Source: Camelus dromedarius (lineage: Eukaryota). From it: a DNA stretch of 64,000 nucleotides. Made by a program: the position numbers and the translations under genes. Location of the stretch: the NCBI RefSeq assembly GCF_036321535.1, contig NC_087437.1, forward strand, positions 15,254,001-15,318,000. The letters are read 5' to 3'. The notes under the pieces are model-generated. The model did no database searches, was not told the origin of the DNA, and saw only the letters and a program-made list of their open reading frames with translations. Shown here one piece after another: positions 24,901 to 36,900 of the stretch; position 1 is the stretch's first letter, and the number at the start of each line of letters is the position of its first letter.

Positions 24901-27900
24901 GAAGCTCCGCATCTCCAGAACAGACCCACCTGGCACAACACAGAGACCAGGAAGATCAGCTCCTATAGCGTCAGGAGAGGGAAAGCCACACACATGGGCA
25001 GGCAGTTTCACTGTCTGCCTCTGACTAAGCTCTGTGTGTAACAGGCCCCTGAGTGTCGGGAACGGAAGAACTCTCCATCACCCCCGTGCAAGGAACTCCA
25101 CAGAGCCATGGGTTCCATTAAGCCTCACAGGGCTGTTGTGAGGATTAAGGGACTTAATGGATGTAAAGCATCGGGCATACAGCAAGTGCTTTATACAATG
25201 GCAATTCTGAGTTATTATAATACTGTTATTACAGTAATGAGTCCCTCCTGTCACTCTGCCCTGGTCCTAGCAGCGCAACCCTGAAAAAGTTATTTAACCT
25301 CTTTAAGCCTGTTTCTTCACCTTTAAAACAAAGACAGTACCTTACCCATGGGGGGCTGTGAGTGTCAAATAAGACAGTACACTTAAAGTGCTTGGTACAG
25401 TACTGGTAAACAGCGTGCAATAAAATGGCAGCCCTTGTTATCTCCGTGGCCCCAATGCAGAGAGAAGACGCAAGTGTCTGTTAAATGCCACTAGATTACT
25501 GGATGGGAACTTTCTAGTCACCACTGTTGGCTTGCCTGGCATGTAATAAATAACAGCTAGTAAAAGAGGAAAGAGCTGAAGAAGAACCTGGTCCATCACT
25601 GCACCTCTCTGAAATCATAACAATGGCACTTACTATATGCACAGCTTGTTCTAAAAGCTCACAGTATTATTTCACTAAAACTTCACAACATGCCTACCAA
25701 GTATGTGCCATGGTCATCTCTTTTCTAGAGATGAGGAAAACTGAGACATTAAGAGGCCACAAAACTTACTCCATTGGGGCCACAAAACTAGTTAAGTAGC
25801 ACAGCCAGAATTCAGAGATGCTCTGGTTCAAGTCCATGCTCATAACCACTAGGCTGTACTCTGAAAACAAGTGATGCTGAAAGCTTTTATTCAGGCAATG
25901 TCTGGAGACCTTTGCCTGAAAACTAGAGAGAACGGGAACATCAATTCATGGGTGGTAACGGATTATTTCAGCAGCGAAGTATATGCCCCAGGGAGTCTGA
26001 ACTTCTTGTACAGCTCTGGCCTCTGTGGGTTCACAGTCCCTCCCCCTGCACATACGCAGGCATTTGAGGAGAACACAGTTATCTAGACTGACTCCTAAAT
26101 GCCATGCTATTCAGTGACCTCTAACTCTGCTGTATCCTCCCTCTGAGTCCCATCAAAATGTTCCTGTTACCTCACTTCCCCTTCAGCTCTTTCTCTATCA
26201 AACCTGGATCTAACTTCAACACCACCATATATACAAAACATACTCGGAAACATGCCACCTGTGTATTTCTCTTCTTGCTCTGACCTCCCTTCTCCTCTTT
26301 CCCCACTCAGATAAAGAAAGTGTAACAGTGGGGACAGATAGCACTTAGGGGTGCCCTGTCCCCTTGTGTTTTTGTTTATGTCAAGCGTCTGCTTACCCAC
26401 TGCATGTCTGACACATGTAGGACTGGGGAGTCTGCAGGAAGACATATGCTCCCTAACCGGAAAAAGCTTACATTCGAGCAGGAGAGATAAGTACACACAC
26501 ACAAAAAAATGATTTTAGAAGGGAAAAGTACAATAACTACTACCAAAAAGAGAGACAGAGAAACAGAGAGGGCGGGAGAGAGAGACAAAGACAGGAGGGA
26601 GAAATTGATGGTTGGGAGACTTAGCAAAGATTTCATGAAAGAGATGGCAAGAAGTGGAAATTTGAAGAATGAACAGGGTTTGGACTAGTGGAAATGCAGG
26701 GAGCCCTGTGGGCAAAGGAGAGCATGAATAAAAGTCCTAGAAGGCAAAGCGTACGGCAAAAGTTAGGAACAAGTAATCACTTGACTGTAGCATGAAGTAG
26801 GGATACGGTAAGAAAAAGAGGCAAGTTCAAAGAGCACAGAAGGCCCATCTCTTCACAAAGGAGGGAGCTTTGAAAGTCAAGTTGTGAAGCTGGAAATGTC
26901 CTCTTGTCAGCAACTGGGAATCACTGAGGAGGGAAATGAGAATCACGTACTGGGAAAATGAACCTGTCTTATCACTCCATGTTTACCTCTCACACTATCC
27001 TGGCTATAATGTCCTCTGTGTCACTGAGACTCACCCAGGCTGGGACAAGCACGTTTTCTATTCCCTCACTACAATGCACATGTCACAATCATCAAATTTA
27101 CAAACTTTCATAATTATGGGTTAATGCCAAAGAGTAAACACTTGAAGTCATGAAGTATATCATTTTTTTTTTATTCCCAGCACTTAGCATAATATCTAAC
27201 CCAGTATATCTCGAAGGCTATACGTTAGAATCATCCAGGAAGCTTTAAGAACAATACTGATATCCAAATGCCACCCAAGACCAATTACTCAGAACCTCTG
27301 GAAGATGGAACCCAAACACTGATATATTTTAAAAGCTTACCCAAGACTCTAATGTGCAACCTGATTAAGAACCAATGGTTTAAATCATAGCACTTTCTCA
27401 ATAAATTTTAATCAACTGGATGGATGCATGCATACATAATGATGGAGGGACAAACCAGGAGGAAGAAACAAGGCTATTTTAAAAAGATACTAAGATTCTA
27501 GAACAGAGTGATATCAAAGGGGATGGAAAAAACTGATCTCTACTTCCTCCCCGCTAACTAATATACTATAATTTCTGACTTCACAAATTTAAAAAAATAA
27601 AATGAGAGAAACACAAAGACAGTAATTCTTCCTTTGGCTAGGGTTTAACCATCCTCCCTCTCCCCCTGCACCACGGTGCACCAGTGTGCATGGATGTGTG
27701 TGGGCTCCCATGTAAATGCAAATAACTACTTTTATTTTTTTCCTTCCCCAAAATATGTACGATACCTGTCATCCAGTTCAATCCTTTTCATACTATGAAG
27801 GTGCAAAACAGCTAATATTATTGCTACAAGAAATATTACTGCACAGCACACCCCTACGCTGATATAAAACACACGTGTAGAAGTGGTTGGAGCTGCATGT

Positions 27901-30900
27901 ACAGGATCATCTGAAATAAAAATGAACAGCACAGTAAGCTTTTTAAACGAATATCACCAATTGCTTTGTGATCCAATATACACAATGAGAATTCTGTTCT
28001 TTGTAAATAAGGTATTCATTTCATGTCCATTCTTTGATAAGATCAGTTACCAGTAGTAAATTCACACAATTTTAAAAATGTTTTTGTTGTAGTTTAAAAA
28101 AAGGTAAGTTTTAAATAGAACTATTGATTAACAAGTAAAACCCACAAGTGGTACGTGTATAATAAACCATGTACAGCAGTGCCGTCCAGCTTAGGGAAAC
28201 GTTCTACGGTGTGCCGTCCAACACAGTAGCCACTGCCCGGCTGTGCCTCTTAAGCACTTGAAAGTAGCTGGTACAACTGAGAAACCCAAGTTTTAATTTT
28301 ATGTCATTGTAATTAATTTAAACAGCCACACATGGCTAGCAGTTACCATGCTGGACAGCGAGATCTACAGGTCAGACCCTTTATATTTCCTCAGCATTGA
28401 CGCCTGGGGTGGAGGGATTAGACAGCTTTGTTGCCAATGACCCCTGACTCACAGGGGAAGGAACGTGCAACAGAGTGACCCACAAGTTACAACAAACACA
28501 GTTTTCATCTTTTTCTCTTTTGAGAGTAACAGAAATTATTTTGCGTATCTGTTTTTAAAGATAAAAGCAGAAAAATAAGATTCATGAAGTAGAATAATAT
28601 TCAGCTTTATATTTTTCAAAAAAGAGAGCCAAACAGAAAGAAAGCCTCAGAAATAGTGAAAATAATTCAGAGACACGTGTACATACACATGGGGCAACTG
28701 AGAAAGAGACACAGAGACAAAGATCCATATGAAATGAGCAGGCAAAGTGGAAGACAGAGAAACAAACAGAAGTGGCGTAACTGGAGGTTCAAGTAAGTTT
28801 TGATGCGCACTCACATCACAATCCTACTGAGGAATTTGGATTTCATCCTAAATGAGACAGGAAGTCATTGCAAGGTTTCAAACAAAGGAATGACACACAC
28901 TGTCATTCTTAAAAAAAGAAAAACAAAGATGACTCTGCAAGTTGTGTGAAGGACACTGGGGAGGAGCAAGAGCAGAAGCAAGGAACAAACTGCGCTACTA
29001 CAGCGCCCGAGAAAGACAGCAGTGGCTTGGACAAAAGTGTTTTGGTGAAGGTGAGAAGTTCATGGATCGGGAAGCAGAGTCAACAGTCTGCTAATGGATT
29101 ACACTCGGAGTAGAAAGAAAAAGAGGAATCAAAGCTTTGGCTTAAAGAATTAAGTGGATAATGTACATTTACAAAAAAAAAAAAATAGGCAGGCTGGGGA
29201 AAGAGAGAATCAAGAGTTCTGTTTTGTCCAGGAGTCCCCAGTACACCTCTAAATGGAGTTGTCAAGTTGACAGAAACACAAGTTTGGAGTTCTGGGGATA
29301 GGACAGGAAAAAAGATCAAAGTTAAAGCTTTCAAGAACTTAGAAATAAGACTGCTTTCTAAAATTTAAACTTTGCATCAATAATAAATCAGAACAGATCG
29401 ATGCAGAGAGACCAAATGGCTTCTAGGGCAGCCGGACTTACTGCAGACTGAATGAAGGCATGACCTTCCTAAGAATGCCATGGGCTGTTCCATCCTGGAG
29501 GGAAGGTCCCCAAGGCCGGTGTGGGCAGCACCTATCTAAGCACACTGCAGGGCAGCGGACAGGACAGTGCTCTGCCAGACAGATCCCTCAAATGCACCCT
29601 GCCTGATTACCACCAAATTCCAGGCTAGTGGATGCACTGTTCCCAATCCTCACTTTGACATTTCACCCTTCAGGTCTCAGGTGAGATGCCGCTTTCTTCA
29701 GGGCACTGTCCCTCACTCCCTCAGAGGGAGATACATGCCCCACACCTCAGGGTTCCCAAGGTACCTTGTGCCTGCCTTATCACGGCCTGCCACTCAGTGC
29801 TGTTAGCACTGCCTCCTGCCTTGTCCATCTCCCCTGCTACAGTAGAAGCTCCTGGGGCCTTACAGAGTCTGCTTTGTTCACAGTTTCATCCTCTGCCTCA
29901 GTCACACCACCTGGCACATCACAGCCTCTCAGTAAAAGTTGAATGGATAGATACACAGAAACGGAGAGGAGGAGAGAGGGAGCAAGGAAGAGACAGAGAT
30001 CAAAGATATGCAACACTCTGTTCTCCTGGTGAGGAATAATATCCTACTAGCATTTAAAAAAATGAGTAAAATCACCAGTTTTAAAAGTAAACTGGGGAGC
30101 AGTAATATTTATTTTCTTCTCAAAGATAAATCCAAATGAAATACTCCCAAAAAGCAGATAAATCTCACATTATTTTATCTTAAAAAGTGGTCTACTTTGA
30201 GATATCCAGATGTTTTGTGCCTCCTGAGGTGAAATAAAATAGAAAGCACATACTACCATCTATGAAGTATTCTTGCCAAAAGAGTTGGTCTTAAATCTAA
30301 TCAAGTTTGAAATCTACCCACCAGTTTAGGAGAGAGAAAAACATGTTAAATGACACCACAGGATGCAGATGTGGGAAATTCTATGACATAAATGAATTTC
30401 TTCAACAAATAAGTGATATTAAAAGGAAGGAAGTGGTTTCTGATTAATATAAAATATATGTCAGCCAAATAAACACAGCTTGTGTAGGCTTCATCTGGAT
30501 CCTGATTTAGAGAAGAAACTATACTAAGTTTTGAGACTGTAAGGTTCATTTGAACAGGGACTAGCTATCAGAAGAGGTCACGGAGTTACTGTTCATTGTT
30601 CATTCTGTTACATGTGATAAATCAAATCCAAGTGAATAGATGTTAGGTGACTGTGAATTTTTTTTAATGGCCTTTTAAAAATAGGTTCACATTGACATAT
30701 TTAATGGTGAAATGATGTGATGCCTATGGTGCGCTTTAAAATACTCTATTTCTCCACACCCACCCATCCATCTGAAAAAGGACGAGGGAAATAATGGTAC
30801 AGGATTGGCTGATGGTGACCATTACTGAAGCAGGGTGATGGCCATGTGGGAGTTCATCAGGGCATTCTCTTGACTTCTGCGTACCTGAACCACTCCCATT

Positions 30901-33900
30901 TTTTTTTTTTTTAGTTTATTTCCACAATGAGAATCAAGTGACCTTTTAAGATACTATTATCAAAACTATCTTGGGGGAAGGGTATAGCTCAGTGGTACAG
31001 TGCGTGCTTAGCATACACAAGGTCCTGTGTTCAATCCCTAGTATGTCCACTAAAATAAACAAACAAACAAACCTAGTTGCCTCTGCTCCTCCAAGAGAAC
31101 AACTATCTCAGGAAGAGTAAGACTTAATGATGTGTCCATGTCAGAAAAGGAAAAAAGAAGTCTGAGTTATACTACCTTATACAACCATTACCAAAAAATA
31201 AAAATCTACTTTGATTTTTTAAACATCTGTAGGTTTAAACAACATGGACTATTTAAGCTTGCATTTTCACCTGGATGAAATTAGCTGAGGGTTACATCCA
31301 GGCCACAAATTACATTTTCTAACCTTCTACTAAACAGATGAAGATCTTACACATATATCCTGCTCATACTTTAATTATGACCACTCAAAATGGTATAAAT
31401 TCTTGCTTTTGAAAGTTTTTATATCATTTACAAACAATGTATGAATTTTTTCTTCACAAAATTTTCAATATTTCAATAGTGTCATCTGAATATATCAATC
31501 TCCCAAACATCAGTGAAATAAATAGCAAGGCATCATTTAATCTTTTGACGAACTGGAAACCATAAAGCCTCCAAGCTTCATGAAATCATGTTCCTTTTCA
31601 ATCAACCACTTTTCATCCTTAATGATGGAAAAAGACAATACAGTAGCACTTACAAATAGTTCTGCTAGTGTTTTTGTCCAAGGCTGAAGTTTTTACTTCT
31701 TCAAGTTCTGAATTAAAAAGGAGATAAGAGATGCTTTAGAAATTCTTTCTTTTCCATGAAAATCCTTAAATACTATAATTATATTTTCTGAACTTTCTCT
31801 AACAGTTTTGTGTTCTAACAGAACACTGCCTGAACTAATTAACAAAGTTATTTGTTGCAAGATAATAAATGCTACATTACTATTCTGATAATCATCACTA
31901 CACTCATCAATCAATGGTCTATGCCTGTATGAGCCAATGGATGTTACTGACAGATGCTCAATGAAAAAGGGTTTCTATGGTCAAGAAGTCTAGGGAAAGT
32001 TACATACTATAACCTCTATGGTGGTTCACAGTGCACATTAGCAGAAGGTAAAGGCTCTAAGGAGTTTTAAGAGTAAGGAAACTTGCCTGATCCAGTAATT
32101 TCCATCCTCATATGATAAAGGAAACTTTTCTTGCCAGTAACATCCATTAACATTCAGTAAAGTACAGGTATGTTTGCTGTTGCAGGCAGTTTTCAAAATG
32201 TAGTAAGTTGCGAAACCAGATAAATATATTAGGATTCACTTACAAAAGTAAGAGTCACGAACATCAACTAGATGACTAGGGTGGAAAGTATGACCACTAA
32301 ATAAAAAGGGTGGTACTATATTAAACTGAAGTCTAAAAGAGAATAGAAAATTACATCAACTATTAATTTTCACGCACATATTAAACAAATAGAGAAGGGA
32401 GGGGGATCATTCTGAGTATCAGCTGACCATGGCCCTAGTGGATACTAGCGCTGGCGGGCTCCACAGACCCCACTGCTCCCAGCCCTCTTTCTGCCTTTAG
32501 CACCAACAGATGAGCAGTGGTGCAGTCACCGTTCACTTCCCTAGGGACCAGGAATCGGGTGTTCGACGCTCCTCGCTGACTGGCTGTGCAAGCTTAGGTG
32601 GTCACTCGTGGGCCCAGGCTCTTCATATCAATTATATAATGACTTTGAACTAGAGTCTCTAAAGTTCACTTTGGCTTTAAAATTCCATGAAAGTAGGTAC
32701 ACAACTGGATACACAAGAACTAACAAATGTACCAAAACACCAATGCTAAAAGGGGTTAACTTTTCATTTTAAAAATGTCCACTCTGGATAAAGAAGTTGT
32801 GATGTGTGTGTATATATATGTAAAATATATAACGGAACATTATTCAGCCATAAAAAAATAAGGAAATCCTGCCATTTGCAACAACACAGATGGATCCTGA
32901 GGGCATTATGTCAAGTGAAGTAAGTCCGACAGAGAAAGACTATGAGATAACTCTATGATCTCACCTATATGTATGTGAAATCTAAGAAATTAAGAATTTT
33001 TTAAAAACTCATAGAAAAAGAGATCAGATTTTTTGTTAACAGAGGCAGGGGGTGGGGAGGGAGGAAAAACTGGAGGAAGGTTGTCAAATGTATAAACTTC
33101 CAGTTACAAGATAAATAACATATAATGTACAGCATGGTGACTACAACTAACACTATATGTTAATTGTATGATGCATGTGAAAGTTGTTAAAAGAGTAAAT
33201 CCTAAGAGTTCTCATCACAAAGAAAGTATTTTTTTCCCTCTCTTTTGTTTTCTCTTTCTGTTGTATCCATATGAAATGATGGCCGCTAAGTAATCTTACT
33301 GTGGTCATCATTTCACAATGTACGTAAATCAAAACCACTGTGCTGCACACCTTAAACTTACACAGTGATGCATGTCAATTATATCTCAAAAAAACTGGGA
33401 AAAATAAATAAAGAGAATAATTGTTTATATTTGTTCTAATTAAAAGATTAAGTTGAAGCTTAAAAAATGCCCATTCTACTGCAGTACAACTTTTTTACTG
33501 ACATGTATCTGGACATTAGCCATTAAGACACATGTGCTGGCCTCAGGGTTTTTGATAACACACAGAACTAAACTCAACTAGGAAATGTGTTAAGAGACAG
33601 TCTGACAATGAAGCAAGAGCATGGGTCTGCATCTCAGCTGTATCACTCAGCTGTCTGGCCTTGGCAAGCTGGTTGGATTCTCTGAGCCTCAGCTTCCTCC
33701 TCAGAAAATGGAGCTAATGAGAGAATCTACTGCTTAGGGTTGTAAGGACTAAATGGGTTTAATGTGTGCAAAGCACCTGGAACACAGCAGTCACTCAGAA
33801 TTTTAGAGGGGTTTTCTTTAGCATTTTTTGGCCTACCTTAGCTACTAACCAACTCTACCTATGTGACCTTGTAAATTCAGGTCACTTTTACCTCTCTGGA

Positions 33901-36900
33901 ACTTAAAGTCAGTGGGTTGGACTAGATAACTTTTAAGAAGAACTTTAAAATTCTTTGATCTATGATCTGGAACTCTTTCATATCCACTGTAATTTTCTGA
34001 GTAACAGATTAGTCAAAACAAAAACTACTAACATTTATAAGTACCCATATACGGTATTCTAAGCTTTAGGCTGGCTAGATTCAATTAATCTAAAATCAAC
34101 CAACTGACCTCTTTAAACAGGTTATTGTGCCATTTTACAGATGAAAACACTGAGATTTAGGTTAAAACACTTGTTCCAATATTCTGTCAACAGCAGAGCT
34201 GTAATTCTAATGCAGGTCTTTCTGGCCCCAGGGCAATGCTTCTGCATTACAGTAATTTATAAAGGAAACACAGTTAACACTCTATTACTCAGGGACCCTA
34301 ACAAAATTACCTGATTTCTTTACCTCTTCAGCCACTTTAGTGCTACTTCACATTCTTAATGGAAAATGTCCTTAGCAATTCTGATCAAAGATTCTGAGAA
34401 AGCAGGGACTGAGTGGGACCTGAGTGAGATTCCTGGCAACAAGCTATCTGGTGATTATCTTGCAATTTCATCTGTTCGTGCTCTCTCTTTTCTCATTTGC
34501 AACCACAATCAAGCTTTGATCACAAATCTGTAAAGATGACAAAATCTATTTTTGACCTTCTCACATCTATATAAAACACATACTTTGGTAAATAAATTCC
34601 TTACTTTTGTAGCACATTTTCCTTCGTTTGAAATTTAGGACTGTAAAGTTTTTTGAAGAATTTACTGTCAAGTTGAGCTGCATTAGTATCATAACCTCAG
34701 AATCTACTTTGCCGGTACAGGAAAGCTCGACCCGAAACACTGTTTAAAAAAACAGAAAAGAGAAAAATATTTTAATTTTCTAAAAATCAACATTAATGCC
34801 TGTTAAATAATTTAGAATTTATTTTTGTTGCAATGAAACTAAAAATAATACATTTACATAAAATACTAAGGAGAAACTTGCAGAGAACTTATCTACAGAC
34901 TACACAGCTTTGGACATTAAGTGCATTATAGATACAGAAGTTAGCATTAAAGAACAAACCAAGACAAAGGAAGAGAGTTGTTTTCAACTTCTGCTCATGA
35001 TTCTTTTTTTCTTTCTTCCTTCCTTCCTTCCTTTCTTTATAAATCTATATTTTAAATTGGGGGAGGGAGTAGGAAAGAAAGCACCCCCTCTACCAGGCCC
35101 TACTCAGTGGCAGCTCCTTGTTCCACAGGGTTAAGGAAGACTCTGAGGAAATAAAGGTTGTTTGGAAAACTCCAGGTGTCATTGCTTTGTATGTTGTGAT
35201 GGGCAGAAGGGATGAAGCGAAGTATGAAGGCCCCTCACACCCTCCGTCCTGCCCCAGGCTAAGTCCTGGAACCCAGGGGTGGAGAAAGCACCTCTTCCAC
35301 TCCTGCTTCCTTCCCGGGACCGCTGCCGGCCACGCAGCACTAGAGAAGGACAAGCAGGAAGAGCGACGCTCATGCCGATCAGCTGGGCTCGGCTCCCTCG
35401 TGATTTTTAACGTATCCCTTTGTCTCCCAAGTCCCCTTATTATAATACAGTAAAGCTACAGAATCCCAAGGTAGGCCCTGCCACCTCACTAGTCACATCA
35501 ACAATAATAACAACAAACATTACTGGATAACAAGTAAAGACAATTCACCATCAAAATGCAATCATGTATTTATTGCTCTTAATGAAGAGATTAAATAGAA
35601 ATCTGTAAACAAAACTGATAAATTTTCAACTATGTGTTTAAAAACACTTCTCTAAACAGAAACTGGATTTAATCAGTTATTGTAGCAATGGGATAACATT
35701 GCTTTGGTGCACTTAAAAAAGTATCTCTGTTTAAGATTCTTTTTCTACAAATTTAGAATGTATCATTCTACCATCTGTATCAGTGTATGAGCAATGTGCA
35801 TTTCTGAACTTCTTTACTGGCCCATGTAATAATAAAAATTAACCAGCCTTCCCATGCTTGCCTAAAACTTAGATTAATGTATGTCCCTAATAACAGTGAA
35901 TAAGACTGCCAGAAAAAGTTCCATAACACTGGGGCTTATACCTTCAAGTTTTTTAAATTTTCATTTGTTTAAAATCTCACACCTCTGGAACTTTTCTCAA
36001 AAGGTTGGCTCAAAAGTAGTTAAATTGGTGCAAATATGACAGTTAAATCATTGACTCAGACCTGTCCTGAGTGTCTATCCCACTCCAGATGCTATGTTAG
36101 GCACCGAGGGTAGAAAACAGAAAAAGGCAGCTCCTGCCCTCAGAGTGGCCACAAGCTAGTAGGGAGAGACAAAGACAAAGAATTACAAGATAATGTGATA
36201 GCTCTAAACAGTGAAATACAACTCCTATGGGGCAGGAAAAACAGAAGAGTTAACAACCGGAGGGAGAGGAGACAGAGAAAGGAGAGTGCAGATTTTGAGG
36301 TTTGCAGAATATTTAGTATGAACAGAAACTCACAAGCAGAAAAGATGAGAAGATGGCTCCAAATACAGAGATGAGCATGTGCAAAGGCACGGCTCTCAGA
36401 ACTGCACGTAGCATGTCACCGCCGGACACTGCGGCAAGTGCAGCGACTAGGCTAGACAGGCAGGCAGGGGTGAGCACAGCACAGGGGCTGGCGAGTCTGG
36501 AATGTTGATGGGTTGATGGGGGTGAGGTACGGATGAGCTTTATGTCATGGGGTCAGAAGTGAGTGTTCAATGATCATGGGGGCTGCAGTGGGGAAATTAA
36601 TGGAAGACAAGTAAGACCAGCCATGGGGACCTAGGAAGGGGCCAGCAATGCATAAAAGGAGATAAAGAGCTGAGGGCGGATAGTTCTGGAGGGGATGAAA
36701 AAGAGGGGCTGGTTTAAACAGTACAAGTAATGACTATTTATAAAAACTACTTTTCAAAATACTTACACATCGGATACCTATGTGTGTGTGTAGATACACT
36801 ACGTATCAGTAGTTAAACTCTTCTTTGAGGGTATGGGGGACATAGATAAAAACAGTATGTTAAATTCTGTCATTGAGACTCACCTGATAAAGTGCGTGGA

